A stretch of DNA of 64,000 bases from Chiloscyllium plagiosum. Taxonomy: Eukaryota. Both the position numbers and the translations under genes were made by a program. The stretch lies in NCBI RefSeq assembly GCF_004010195.1, contig NC_057720.1:18076425-18140424 (forward strand). The letters run 5' to 3'. The notes beneath the pieces were generated by a model. It was not told where the DNA came from. It made no database searches and saw nothing but the letters and a program-made list of their open reading frames with translations. This document shows positions 13,360 to 27,205 of the stretch, in pieces. The stretch's first letter is position 1. The number at the start of each line of letters is the position of its first letter.

Positions 13360-13700
13360 GGGCAGCACAGTGGCTTAGTGGTTAGCACTGCTGCCTCACA
13401 GCGCCAGGGGCCCTCGGGCAACTGCCTGTGTGGAGATTGCACATTCTGCCCGTGTTTACGTGGGTTTCCTCCGGGTGATCCAGTTTCTTCTCATAGACAA
13501 AGATGTGCGGTAAGGAGGATTGGCCATGCTAAATTGCCCATAGTGTTCAGGGATGTGTAGTTTAGGTGCATTAGTCATGGGAAATGCAGAATAATAAGAA
13601 GGTCGGGGAATGGGCCTCAGTGGGATACTCTTCGGAGGATCTGTGTGGACTGTTGGGCTGAATGTTCTGTTTCCACACTGTACAGAGATTCTATTCTATA
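13360..13700 (+). mobile_element. HE1-like tRNA-derived SINE
   Basis: gggcagcacagtggcttagtggttagcactgctgcctcacagcgccaggg head; ctgtttccacactgta...attctattcta tail. Confidence 0.85.
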
Positions 13701-14479
13701 AGACTAGTTAAAGCCATTGAAATTACAAATGCAAGGAAAACACGAGCAAAGTGTGGCAAAACAGATAGGAATAATATTCAAAATTTAATAACGAGACAAA
13801 AAAATGATGTTTTAAAGGAGAGTTAAACATTTGTTTCAATGCTGATACTGGAGAGCTGCGAGGAAGGATATGTGCTCATGAACTTCTAAGTGAAGAATTA
13901 CAAGAAAAGAATTAGACAAAGCTTAAATGCAATCATAGTATTAAAAGAAAAAGAGAAATAAGGAACATTTATGAGCTGACTTAGGTGAAAAATCAGGCTT
14001 TCTTGACTGAAAACCGACTTAACTTTCAAGTACGTAAACCAGCTAAAGAGAATTTTACTGCTGGTTGAATAAAGGGAGCAGTGTTAAACCTGCAGATTCT
14101 GGAAATGAACAAAGTTAAATCATGGAAAATTTAAGTCGAAAAAACTATTCCAAGTATAACCAGGATAAGTTGAATTCAATTGTTATGAACAACAATTCAG
14201 CTGTCTGGCTTGTTGAATTATGTTTCACAGACTTGGCTATTAAAAGCACGCAGACCCAGAAGAAAATGGAAAACATGAGTTAAGGCCTGAACAAAGTGAT
14301 ACAGAGTCCATTTTGAAGGGTGAAAACTGGATGACAACTTAGTATCTGACTTTAAAAAAAAAACTGCTGTGTTCAGAGGATAACAAAGTTTATGACAAGA
14401 GATTTCTCCTTGGATTTCAGCATCTCGTACCTAAAGCCACATGGTTTGTCAACAATCAGCAATGTTATCCTCATCAAAA

Positions 14480-15745
14480 ACCTATTATTCCCGAATGTCC
14501 TACAAAGACAAATTGGACAAACTGAGTCTGTATTCTCTACTGTATCAACGACTGAGAGACAATTTCATTGAAGCTTACAAAATAGTTAAAGGGGTAGACA
14601 GAGTAGATGCAGTAGATGTTTCCCCTAGCTGGGGAGTCTTGGACCAGGGGGCAAAATTTAAAAATAAGGAGAATACCACTTAGGTCTGATTTGAAGAACC
14701 TATTTTTGTAAATGTCAGGAGGGCTGTGAATCTTTGGCGTTCTCTACCGCAGACAGCTGTGGAAACATGTGGCACATTTAAGGTAGAGATCGACAGATTT
14801 CTAATTAATCAATGACATACAAGATTATAGGGATACCATGCATAAAAGGCACTGAAGTGTTCAATCAACCATGATTGTATTAAATGGTGGGGCAGACTTG
14901 ATGGGATAAACAGAATACTGGGACAGAAGTAGGCCATGTACGAGTAGAAGCGGGTCAGTCAGCCCATCGGTCTGCTCTGTCACTCAAATGGTGGCTGCTT
15001 TGATAATCCTCAACTTCACTTTTCTGCCTGTTTCTCTTAACCCTTAACTGCCTTAGCGATTGAAAATCTATCTATCGCAGCCTTGAATATTCTTAATGAT
15101 ATAGTCTCAACAGCCCTCTGCAGTAAAGAATTCCACAGATTCATTACTCTCAAAGAATAAATTCCTCCTTATCTCCGTCTTAAATGTGCAATCCTTATTC
15201 GGAGATTGTGCCTTCTGGTCCGAGACTCTCCCGCAAGGGGAAACAACCTCTCCACATCCAGCCTGTCAAGTCCCCTAAGAATTTGTTATGTTTCAATAAG
15301 GTCTCCTGTCATTCATCCATATATTCCAATAAGAACAGGACCAATCTATTCAATCTCTTCTCATACGATAGTCCCTCCATACCTGGTATCACCCTAGTGA
15401 ACCTTTGCTGGATTGTCTCCAATGCCAATATATCTTTCCTTAGAAAAGGGGCCAACAACTGTTCAGTCTTCCAGCTGTAGTCTAACTAGTGCCTTGCAAA
15501 AGTTTGGTAAAACCTCTTCGTTTATAATGTATTTCCTTTGAAATAAAGGTCAGCAGTTCATTTGAATTCCCATTCACCAGCTGAACTCAGATGCTGGCTT
15601 TGTGATTCATTGACAAGGACTCCCAAGTCCCTCTGCTCCATATCTTCTGCAGTCTTTTTCCACTTAAATAATATTCAATTTCTATATTCTTCCTGCCAAA
15701 TTGCATAACCTCACATTGCACCATATTAAATTCCATCTGCCACCA
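14480..15745. mobile_element. Two decayed CR1 3' fragments (plus about 14480-14910, minus about 14920-15745)
   Basis: Peptides YKDKLDKLSLYSL...FIEAYKIVKGVDRVD (plus) and WQMEFNMVQCEVMQFGRKN (minus). Confidence 0.8.
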
Positions 15746-18008
15746 AATAAACTGTAAAACCTTTGGTCTCGCTCTAAATTCAAGCTCAGGGTCCAGACAA
15801 TGCACACTCTAATGCAGATTTTATAAAGAAGAACATGAAAAACGAAGCCATGGTGCAATTTTTAACCAAGGACAGAGAAGTGCCACGCAAGCTACACAAA
15901 ATAAGAAGGAAGAACTGTAGTGGAGATCGAAAACAGAGTGAAGCGACAGAAGCAAAGAAAACTCCTACTTCCAAGTGATTTGGGGTTTTAAGAAATCATG
16001 AAAACTGGACACCAAAACTTAACTGCAATAAAAAGGGGGGAGAATATTACCTACAGTGTGTAACAAGTCGTTCGCAGGTTTTATGTCATTTTATATTTAG
16101 CGCTATAGGAAAGAAGTCATTTGCTTAATTTTTCAGGAGAAGGATTATGTCTGTAGAATATTAGTGTCTCCTTTAACATGAGGTGAAATAGAATGTGCTG
16201 GATCAGCACAGGGGTGGGGGAGGAATGGGGGAAATGGAAAAGATGAGTTGATCATACTAAATTTCTATTTGGAGCAATTTAAATACCCCAGTGATCTGGG
16301 TTTTCTTGGGGAATGAAGCCCTGGCCAAAATGTACTGAAAGCCGGTGGCAGTTTCACACTATGAATCAGAAATAGAAACACCAGGACACAACCTTTTGGA
16401 TATAGAGAAGCCGAAAGAGAAGAAGAGGTAGACAGACAATGAACACAGCTAGTGAGAAGCTATTTTTATGATTGCAAACAAACAATGCTGGTATGAAAAG
16501 ACGACAGAATATACAGTACCTTTTGAGATTTAAGCAATTTGGAGTCATAGAAGTACATCTTGCTGATGCGGATCAAATCTGGGAGACTCAGGCTGCGTAG
16601 AGCAGCTTTCAAAGAATACTAGAATCCATAACCCGGAGAGCAGGGATAAGTAGAAAGCTGCAAAGAACCTTGCACTAATTCTTGCAATTGTGTCATGAAT
16701 CTGACAGGACTGAACGGACTCATGAGAGGTAGTACAATGTGTTAGTTATTTAGTTAATGCAAAAATACCATTTCTCTAATTTGATGTAGTAATCGCCTGC
16801 AAAGTAGTGTTTCATTTGTATTGATTTTAATTTGTTCACTGCAGTAAAAATCTTGAAATGTGAAATGTTGCCATGGTTATTTTTGGTTAGTTGGGAAATT
16901 CATCTGAATTTCTTAAAACATTATTGGTCTCCATGAGGATCATAACATTTTAAAAAGTAATGATGCTAGTAACCACTAGATTTGTTTTACAAGTGCACAA
17001 CTGATGAAAATTTGAATACCTAAATGTCTTATATTACACTATTACACAGTCTGGAACACTTCCACTGAATGTCACACAAACAAATTTGTTAAAAGGAACT
17101 GGTATAGAGATCTGAGTAGCAGTAAGTATGAGTCATATTAAATAAGGTACTACATTTGAAATTACTCAGACTGAATTACACTTAAGAACATGGTATCCTC
17201 CTATCAATTCTGGAGATCTAGACAAAAATAGCTTGTTAAATACAAAAACTGAAAACTAGTTTTGCAATGCATTTCCATCCAATTTTAACGTAGCGGATAA
17301 AGCTTTTCAACAATCAAAAGGAAAGTACACTGCAAAAGCTTCTTTTAAAAAATGTTGGATAATTTTATTATACTTGGGAAATAGCAACAGTAAATATGCA
17401 AAGGCCCTCATATGTGTAAAAGCAAGCCTGATAGTTTGGTTTTACTTATTACAATTTTTCTTTATTGAGAACATAAAGCACTACCAATATTTAGAAGACT
17501 AAACCGGAGAAGTTTTTCAGGATACTGGGTACCAGGTTCCACTGACTTGAACATAAAAATCAAAATATTAACTGCCTGAGAAGCAGCTCTCATTTCATGG
17601 TTAGTGAAAGAAAAACCCAGTTCAATTGGTGGTTCTTGTTTGAAATGATACTGCGGCTTTCAACATTTGCATAAACATGAAGAATTTTTCCTTATAGAGG
17701 GTCCGCACCCAAGATAAAATCAGACATTGCTGCTGCACTCTACGTTCAAACCAGATGATTATAACCTCCAATCTGCACACTTCTGCTTGTATAAAGGACC
17801 ACTATAGTGTTGACTATCCACAACACTAGCTCTACATATGCAGTTCGAAATTTCTTAGCACAAAGTCAACTCTCTTTTATTCATTCAGTTATTTCTGTGG
17901 CTTGTAGTCCATAGGAATGCAGGAAGTTCTGTTCTGTACCACAACAAACTTAAAACCAAAATTCATGATTGCTCCAAACAATGAATATTCTGAACATTTT
18001 TTATTACT

Positions 18009-18913
18009 CAGGTTAAAAGTTTGCTTGGTGAGCCGGTAGATTTGTTCTCAGACATTTCGTCACCAAGCTAAGTAACATCTTAGTGAGCCTCCAATAAAGT
18101 GCTGGTGTTCTGTCCTGCTTGCTAATCGTGTGTCTTGGTCTGTTGTGATGGGTGATAGCTCTTCCGGTTCTTTTTCTGAGAGGTTGGTAAATGGAGTTCA
18201 AACCGATGTGTTTGTTAATGGAGTTCTGGTTTGAATGCCAGGCCTCTAGGAATTCCCATGCGTGTCTTTGTTTAGCCTGTCCCAGGATGGACGTATTGTT
18301 CCAGTGGAACTGGTGTCCCGCTTCATCTGTGTATGGATATTAGTGATAATTGGTCGTGACGTTTGGTAGTTAATTGGTGCTCATGCACCCTGGTGGCTAG
18401 TTTCCTGCCCGTCTGTCCAATGTAATGTTTGTTGCTGTCCTTGTAGGGTATTTTGTGTACGACGTTCGTTCTGCTGGTCGTTGGTATGAGGTCCTTTAAA
18501 TTCATCAGGAGCACCAACTAGCCACCAAACATCGCGACCAACTATCACTAGTATCCATACACACAGATGAAGAGGGACATCAGTTTGACTGGGACAATAT
18601 ATCCATCTTGGGACAGGCTAAACAAAGACATGCATGGGAATTCCTTGAGGCCCGGCAATCAAACTGGAACTTCATTAACAAACACATCAGTTTGGAACCC
18701 ATTTACCAACCTCTCAGAAAAAGAACCGGAAGTGATACCACCCACCACAACAGACCAAGACACACAAATTGCAAGTGGGACATAACACCAGCGCTTCATC
18801 AGAGGCTCACTGATGATGTTTCGTCACCATGCTAGGTAACATCAGAGAACAAATCTACTTCCTCAGTGAGCAAACTTACAACCTGGGCTACAAATCTTCT
18901 CCGAAATTGCCAA
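18009..18913. mobile_element. Penelope-like element: two inverted 3' fragments (GIY-YIG region plus pseudo-LTR)
   Basis: Minus arm encodes NVVHKIPYKDSNKHYIGQTGRKLATRVHEH (GIY-YIG). The plus arm (about 18508-18913) is homologous in the opposite orientation. TSD tttattact at 18000-18008 and 18914-18922. Confidence 0.88.
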
Positions 18914-19482
18914 TTTATTACTACTAGATAAATAATCCCAATCATCTTTTCTATAAAACAATTCAAAATTGTTTTTTTACAAATTCACATGACAAGCTAG
19001 GGACTATTTTACACTGTTGATGAAAATATTTATGAAGAAAATTACTAACTGTACACTCATAATATAAAAGGATACACATTTTGATTGGTATTGCCATGGG
19101 TTTGGATCTGCTACATTTACAATATGCTGAGTGGTGATACACGACTCTTAACCTCTATGTCAGAATCGACAATACGTGTGTATAACTCAAAATGTGTAAT
19201 GGAATCACTCCTCTAAAATAGGAAATGAACATTGATGGGGAACACATCAAAAACACCTAGTTTGGGAATGGTTTGGGTTCAGATCCTTTTCAAAGATTTG
19301 CACATTGTAACAACTCAGTGCAGTACAGAGGAACATATATTTCTGAAATGCCGTCCTTCAGGTAATACATGAAATCCGGTGAATTTAAGGGATACAAGAA
19401 CAAGTGAGTTCACTGGATATACTGACCAAACATTTATCACTCAATGAACATCATTAAAACAGATGAGCAGATTATGGTAATT

Positions 19483-19915
19483 AGAGACTGTCACGCATCT
19501 CCTGCTAGAATGTGTCTTTGCAAGGGAAGTCTGGAGAAAGATGCAGTGGCTTTTGTTGAGGTTTGTCCTGTACAGCTCCAAGATATATGGACTATGTGCT
19601 GTATGGTCTATTCCCTGGGATGCACACCAAGACAAACATTGACTGCATCTAGAGTACCATTAAGTTGGAGAAATTTGCCTGAAATGTGTTGGCCTTCCAG
19701 AGCAAGAGTTGACCATGATCAGATGTTGCAGACTAGCATATTCCAAGGTCCAGGACTATGTACTGAGGGATGGACGAAAGTTTGGGAAGCTGCCACTAAG
19801 GTGCAATGGGGAAAGCGCACGGTCTGGGATCTTGCCACAGTTGAATGGGAGTCCGTTCAATCATCAGACGCTCCTGCTGCTCCAAATGTATGTCAATATA
19901 GTTTTGCATAAGTAA
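19483..19915 (+). mobile_element. L1/Tx1-clade LINE ORF2 C-terminal remnant
   Basis: Translates ETVTHLLLECVFAREVWRKMQWLL (C-terminal Cys/His motif of L1/Tx1 ORF2) and CCRLAYSKVQDYVLRD. Confidence 0.6.
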
Positions 19916-20689
19916 AAAATGCAGTGGTTTTGTTTGTTAGATAGTATCAAACTCTAATACTTGTGGGGGCAAATTACTGCAGCTGCTGGAATCTGTACTG
20001 AAAACAAATCTGGAGATCACAGTGGGTCAGACAGCACTCATGGAAAGAGAACAAGCTAATGTTTTGAGAGTAGATGACTGCTGACTCAAAATGTCAGCTT
20101 GCTCTCTCTCCATGGATGCTGTCTCCAATGTTTGTTTCTCAATATGCTACTGTACAGAACCAAATTACTTCAGTGACTGTGTATATAAAGGTATTTTTAT
20201 GAAGCAATTGTAAGTTTGAATTTTAAAAAAATTTTGCTTTTGGGATGTCAAAAACGTCATTAAATACAATTTCTTTCTTGCTGGATTAAAATAGTAGGGC
20301 GAGCAAATTGTTGGGCTGCTTTTTATATCACAGAAAATTAATATACAAGGCTAAAGTTATACTAACATAACTGGCCATTACATCACAAGCAAAATAATCA
20401 ATTCACGAATGCATTTCCATGTTAGTGGGCTGTCTTCACTTAAACAAATTAAATTAACCAAATTAGAGCAAGTTTCTGAAATTTTTTGGTGGGTGAAAAT
20501 AACAAATGTTGTCCCTTACCTTGGAAAATTAAGAAAATAGTTATTGAAAAGTACTTTAGCTGTGAAAACTGTGATAGATATGGATTTATATTTGTCAAAT
20601 GTTTTAAGGTAAATTCTTTGCAAGGGATACACTGAAAACAGCTTGCTTATTCAAGGTTATGTATATAAGTATTCCTTGTCAGATCTTTT

Positions 20690-21900
20690 ATTTTATTCAT
20701 TCCTGGGACTTAGACTTTCTTGGCTGGTCCAGTATTTATTGCCCATCCCTAGCTGTCCTCGAGGTGGTAGAGGCTATGAACCATCTTCTTGAGGCAGCCT
20801 CTGATGTAGGTACATTTGCAAAGCTGTTAGGAGGGAGATCCAGGATTTTGACCCAGCAATATGGAAAGAAGGGCGATATATTTCCAAGTCAGGATGGTGT
20901 CTGATTCAGAGGGGAACTTGCAGGTGATGCTGTTCCAATGTATCTGCTGCCCTTGTCCTTCTTGATGGTAGTGGTCACAGGATTGTAAACTACCATCTAA
21001 GGAGCCTGTGAATTCCTGCAGTGCATGTTATGGATGATACAGACTCGTGCCACTGTACATTGGTGATGGAGGGGGTGACTAGAATATTGTTGGAGCCGCA
21101 CACATCCAGGTGAATAGGGCATATTGCTTCACACTCCTGACTTGTTTCTTGTAGGTAGACAGCTGTTGGGGAGTCAGGTGGTGAGGTACTCGTTGCAGGT
21201 TTCCTAGTTTCTGACTTGCTCTTATATGACCAATCCAATTCAGCTTCTGGTTTATGGTAACCCCAGGATGTTGACAGTGGGGAAATTAGTGATGGCAATG
21301 TCATTGAATGCAAAGGGGTAGTGGTCAAATTCTCCCTTGTGGAAGATAGCCATTGCCTGGTGTGGCTTGAATGTCACTTGCCTTTTATCAGTCCAAACGT
21401 GGATATTGTCCAGGTATTGAAGCATTTGGACATGAACTGCACAATACATAAATAGTGTTATGTATTGTACAGTGAATACTCCCACTTCTGACCTTATGAT
21501 GAAGGAAAGTAACTGATGAAGCAACTGAAGACGATTGGGCCTAGGATATTACCCTGAGGAACTCCTAGAACTAAAATGACAGATCTCCAACAAACACAAC
21601 CATCTTCCTTTGTGTCATGTTTAATTCAAACCAGTGGAGAGAAACCCACAAATTCACATTACCCAAGGATTTTCTTAGATGCTTTGATGTCACACTGACA
21701 CAAATGTGGCCTTGATTTGTAAAAGTAATCACTCTCATCTTCCCTCTGGAGTTCAGCAATTTTGCTCATGTTACAACCAAGGCTAGAATGGGGTTGGGAA
21801 CTGGTGGAACCCAAATGGATTATCAGTGAGTTGGTTATTGCTAATCAAGTGCTACCTGGTAGCACTGTTGATGACCCGTTTTATCACTTTATTGATTAAA
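20690..21900 (-). mobile_element. Decayed non-LTR retrotransposon (CR1/L2-group, possibly Zenon-like)
   Basis: ORF remnants SFIIRSEVGVF and LDNIHVWTDKRQVTFKPH; the tail is shared with 43050-44490. Confidence 0.7.
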
Positions 21901-23164
21901 GTCCACTTGACAAAAAGTATAAGTGAGAAATTATGGATTGATCTAGCATGTACGAAACACCATTAAAAAATAATGTAATCACCAAAACTAAATAGATTGA
22001 TGAAAATTATCAATTATTTGATTGTTTCATAAAGTATGCTTGTAGCAAAAGATTATTCATGGCCCAGAACAGAGGCAACTTGCAATGTACTGCTTTATAG
22101 AAAATGAGAAATATTTTTATCTTCCATTTGTTTTGAAACATGACTTAATGTTCAAAAACTAAGTTTTGTTCAAAAAAGGAAAAAAAAGTTAATTTAATAT
22201 TAAAATTAAGTGTGTATAAATGGAGAGCACTGGTTATATACATACAACTCATTATCCAAAGAGACACATATCGACACTGGTAGATGTGCAAGTTAGGAAC
22301 TACATATTTGTAATGGCTTACATGGTGCGTAAATCTAAAACTGAGTCAGTCTATCTTCTGGAACTAGCTGTCAGAAGTTAACATAAGATTAACTGACAAA
22401 GTTACATGCAGCTCCCATGGCATGAGATTTACAGGTGAAGCCTTCACAGGCTATGCCAAAGAACCATGGTTCATGGAAATCCATCACCACAAGGTTCAAG
22501 GCAAGAGGTCATCTCCTCATGTCTGAAATTTCAGAGTGTGATAGCAATCTTGTTCATGAAGCTTCTACATCTTATAACAATCAAGAAAAACATCGCAGTA
22601 TCCTGACAGGTGCAAAAATAAAGGCAATATTCTGACATAAATACACAGGCAGTTCTCTGGTCTTTGTTATAAGGACCCTTTACATGCACTATTGCTTGGA
22701 GGACTTCAACTTTGAAAGATTGTGGAAAAAGGAACTGATTTCTAGTTTCTGCACATATCTGGTATGTTTTCTTTAAAAGTAGTCATTTAAGGTCCACCAT
22801 GGATATTAGAGATAGTCTTTTAAGCAAGCTTACTAAAAATCACATTACTAGCAATAACTGTTTTCTTTTCTGCAGACCCTGCTGGGCTCAATTTTGAACA
22901 GCAACAGGTTTTGGAGAGGTTCTTATTCTACCTTACCAAGTTGCAGAAAAGCATGCTAAGAACAAGCCAAGATGGAGGACTGCTCGCTATAAACAAGCAC
23001 CCATCTGTTCTCTCTCATTTCTGAAAAGAAAGCGCGACTTAAATTATATCTCAAGATCCTATTGTTGAAGCAAGCTGTGTTCATAAGACAGAAATAACTA
23101 CGCATGATTAGTGACTTAGCCACATGTGCCAGAACTTCAGAACAACCCGTACTTTATCTTTTTA

Positions 23165-23850
23165 GAGTCACAGAGTGGCACAGCACAGAGACAGACCCTT
23201 CGGTCCAACTTAGCCATGCCGACCAGATATCCTTGAGTAATGAAAAAGCATTTGCTAGCATTTAAAGAACAAAGAAAATTTACAGCCTAGGAACAGGCCC
23301 TTTGGACCTCCAAGCCTGAGCCGATCCAAATGTACTGTCTAAACCTGTCGTTCAATTCCTAAGCATCTGTATCCTTCTACTCCGCACCTGCTCATGCATC
23401 TGTTCAGACGCATCTTAAATTTGGCCCATTTCTCTCTAAACTCTTGCTATTCATATACCCATCTTGGTGCCTTTAAAATATTGTAATAGGACTAGCCTCC
23501 ACCACTTTTTCTAGCAGTTCATTCCACACATGCACCACACTCTGTGGAAAAAGTTGCTCCTTAGCTCCCTTTCAAACCTTTCCCCTCTCACCTTAAACCT
23601 ATTCCCTTTAGTTTTGGATTCCCGCACCCCAGGGAAAAAAACATTGTCTATTGACAAAGTTAAATATCACACAACAACAGATTATAGTCCACCTGATGAA
23701 GGAGCAGTGCTATGAAAGCTAGTGCTTTCAAATAACCTTGTTGGACTTTAATTTGGTGTTGTGAGATTTTTAACTTTGTACACCCCAGTCCAACACTGGC
23801 ACCTCCAACCCTATCCGTGCCCCGCATGATGATTTTATAAATCTTTTGTC
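23165..23850 (-). mobile_element. CR1 3' fragment with nested CR1 tail (about 23265-23420) and Penelope-type mini-element (about 23655-23810)
   Basis: agagtcacagag...cagacccttcggtccaac tail; nested cacCTGATGAaggagcagtgctatGAAAgcTAgtg. Confidence 0.7.
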
Positions 23851-23917
23851 TTGAAGAATAACACATTGGCTTTTGAGAAAAAAAACACCTTAGCCAATCT
23901 CTGCAGAGAAATGTTTT

Positions 23918-24020
23918 GTGAGTGTGAGAGAGAGAGTGTGAGAGAGAGAGTGTGAGAGAGAGAGTGAGTGTGTGTGAGTGGTGTGAGAGAGAGAGAGAGA
24001 GAGAGAAAAAGAGAGAAAAA
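23918..24020. repeat. Compound (GA)n/(GT)n microsatellite
   Basis: gtgagtgtgagagagagagtgtgagagagagag... Confidence 0.95.
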
Positions 24021-24662
24021 ATTGTGTGTTGGTCGTGTGGTGATATTTAAAGGGATAAGAATTTATATTTCCCTATTACTGACTTAGATATTCAATGATG
24101 ATGCAATAATTGTTTAGATTTTGTTTTATACAAAATAAATACAGCAAAGTCCAGCTGCACATTTTCAGGTAACCTTCTTTGGTTTTGCTTTCTGTGCTTG
24201 TACTAAAATGGTCACGGAGATGAGTTTCTACTTAACAGCAAATTTCTGGGACACAATTTATTTTCCACAAATGTATCATGCAGAACTTGTGCGCTAGACT
24301 GAAACAAGTAAACACTGCAACTCATCTACATGATTCTAAAATATCATAGGGCACAGCAAAACTGCATTCCTCACCTCCCAAAGCTGACAGGGTGTCCCAG
24401 TTGCACCTGACACTTGACTGGAACATGCAAGCAGGCCTGATCTTGCGATAACAGATGGAGTCAAAGGCAGCATCAATGGGCAACTGAAAGTTTGAGTTTG
24501 CCCTCCTCTAACCCCAGGCCTCCCAGGTAATTTCAGATCTAGAAACTACAACAAAAAAAAACAAAGGATTGCCATCTTTTTCTCATCTCCGACATGGGAA
24601 ATAAAACTAGTCTTAAATAGCTTGCATTTTGCAAACAAAGGATTTGCAATTTTTAAAATGAA

Positions 24663-24995
24663 GCGGCATGGTGACTTCGTGATTAGCCCTGCTGCCTCAC
24701 AGCGCCATTGACGCGGGTTCGATTCCAGCCTCGGGCGACTGTGTGTGGAGTTTGCACATTCTCCCCATGTCTACGTGAGTTCCCTCCGGATGCTCTGGTT
24801 TCCTCCCACAATCGAGAGATGTGCAGGTTAGGTGAATTGGCCATGTTAAATTGCCCATAGTGTTCAGGGATGTGTATGTTAGGTATATCAGTCAGGGGTA
24901 AATGTCGAGGAATGGGTTTGGGTGGGATACTCTTCAGAGGGTCGGTGTGGACTTGTTGGGCTGAAGGGACTGTTTCCACACTGTCGGGATTCAAT
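24663..24995 (+). mobile_element. HE1-like tRNA-derived SINE
   Basis: gcggcatggtgacttcgtgattagc...gggttcgattcc; tail actgtttccacactgt. Confidence 0.85.
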
Positions 24996-24999
24996 GAAT

Positions 25000-25490
25000 G
25001 AAAGCATTGGTGGCATTTACCACATGGATTCCTGGGGCGGCAGGATTGATGTATGAAGACAGACTGGACCAGTTAGGATTATATTCAGTGGAGTTTAGAA
25101 GAATGAAGGGGATATCAGAGAAATCTATAAAATTCTAACAGGACTAGACCAGGTAAACACAAAGAACACTCCTGGTGACTGGGCAGTCCAGAACCAGGAG
25201 TTACAGTTTAAAGATATAGGTTAAGCCATATAGAACTATGATGAGTAGAAATTTCTTCACACAGTGAGTGGTGAGTCTGAGAAGTTCTCTAACACAGAGT
25301 AGTTAGGCTAAAACACTGGATGTTTTCACAAAGGAGTTAGATATAGTTTTTACAGTTAAAAAGTTCAAGGTTATGGGGAGGAAGAGGGAACAGGGTACTG
25401 AGTTGGAAGATCAGCCATGATCGCATTGAATGGCAGAGGGGCTTGAAGGGCCGAACGGCCTGCCCCATTCCTATTTTCTATGTTTCTATG
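25000..25490 (+). mobile_element. CR1 3' fragment
   Basis: ggagtttagaagaatgaagggg...aaatttcttcac...ttctatgtttctatg tail. Confidence 0.8.
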
Positions 25491-25734
25491 CTTGGAATTA
25501 GATAGCATCACTGTGCTCGTATGCAAAAATTAACACCACAAAGTAGTTGATCAGGAGATTTGGATCACGGAAGTTCAGTGTTTCATGCATCCGATAATAA
25601 TATTAAACCCAAACTTTTTCAAGAGTTCAAAGACCAAAAATCATGCAAATGTTAATGTTAAGAAAATATGCAACCTAATGGCTTAAAACATTTCTCAGTT
25701 TTGCTTTTTTTTAATTTTCTCAAATTATTTAAGT

Positions 25735-26207
25735 TATAGAGTCAGAGATATACAGCACAGAAACAGACCATTCAGTCCAACATGTCCATGCTGACCATTA
25801 ATCTAGTCCCACTTGCCATATCCCTCCAAACCCTTCCTATTCATATACTCATCCAGATGCCTTTTAAATGTTACAACTATACCAGCCTCCACCACTTCCC
25901 CTACGTTGACTAAGCCACGTTGACTATCCCTAATCAGTGTTTGCCTTTCCAAATACATGTACATCCTGTCCCTCAGGATTCCCTCCAACAACCGACGGCA
26001 GGCTCACTGGTCTATAGTTCCCTGCCTTGTCTTAAACAGTGGCACCACGTTAGCCAATCTCCAGTCTTCCGGCACCTCATCTGTGGCTATCAAGGATACA
26101 AATATCTCAGCAAGAGGCCCAGTAATCACTTCTCTAGCTTCCCACAGAGTTCTAGGGTACACCTGATCAGGTCCTGGGGATTTATCCACCTTTACCCGTT
26201 TCAAGAC
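25735..26207 (-). mobile_element. Internally deleted CR1 fragment
   Basis: VDKSPGPDQVYPRTLWEARE...PEDWRLANVVPLFK joined directly to the 3' tail; same subfamily as 56275-59072. Confidence 0.85.
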
Positions 26208-26564
26208 AAGTTATTTTAGTATTGCTGGTTTATTTCATTCCATTGTGATCTATCATTTTTGGATTTCACTTGGGTTCAAATCAAGCTCAGATGTCAACTC
26301 CTGCGAAACATTACACATGTAAAAGTTATCTCTACAATCTCTGGCCCAAAGCATTGGTCTTCCTTTTATATAAGTGGTACTTAGCCAGCTGAAGTCACCT
26401 TGAAAGACCCTCCTCTCAAACTCTCTTCATGCCTGAGGTTTGATGACTCTCAAGTTAGTCTCAACCAATCAGCGCTCTCGAACAAGAGTAGAGTATGGTC
26501 CAGTAGGAGAGCAGCAACCTTCCCTTTTAATATTAGTGAAAATATTTACACATATTTTCCTAAT

Positions 26565-27100
26565 ATCAATTACCTGAATTTTGGATTATCTGAAGATGAT
26601 CTCAAGGTCTGATAGAAACATTACATCAAAGGGGTGTTCCCAACATTGATTGTGTCTTTTGTTTACAATGATTAAAACTGAATTTGGCTCACTGAAATGC
26701 TTCCGAGAACAGTCCTGGACATAGACGGTAGCCCAGGCACCGTCTCTAAATGACTGACCTCCGACCTTTTCTCTCCCCACATTTTCACTCAGTTTTACAT
26801 AGGGAAGTAGCCTAAAACCCTCTGGGACAGGGGGCAGTGTTTGGGGGTGGGGGTGGGGAGGTGTGGTGGTGTTGCTCCTGAATGGGGAGCAGAAATAGCA
26901 AGTGCTTTCTTTGTCAATCCCATTGGAGTGAAGCAGCAGCAGGGAGAGGGGGAGCAAGGCAGGCAGAGTGAGAAAAGAAAGGAAACTTCGGAAAATGCAG
27001 AGTCCCAGAGCAGAAACATTGCATCAATTATCAGAATAATCAATTATCCGAACGAAATACTGCCCGCCCATCTCGTTCAGATAATTGCGGTTCCTCTGTA
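26565..27100. mobile_element. Non-autonomous Tc1/mariner (Tigger/pogo-like) DNA transposon, MITE-like
   Basis: Right end ...gataattgcggttcctCTG|TA. Repeated attatc(c/t/a)gaa subterminal motifs occur at both ends, with an internal hairpin 27041-27055/27073-27087. The left terminus is eroded. Confidence 0.55.
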
Positions 27101-27205
27101 ATCAGGAATTACAGATAAAGTATTTCCATCAACAATGAGGATATGTCTACTTCATAGCTATGGCTAACTATTCAAACTTCAACACTCAATGAATTGGCTG
27201 GCACA

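Noticed and set aside
16031..16082. Minus-strand 52-nt segment with plausible acceptor and donor
   Set aside because: Immediate in-frame stop, no homology and possibly inside an LTR-like repeat; a poison exon cannot be supported without RNA data.
27041..27087. 15-bp stem hairpin resembling a miRNA or terminator
   Set aside because: Explained as the subterminal palindrome of the Tigger-like element.
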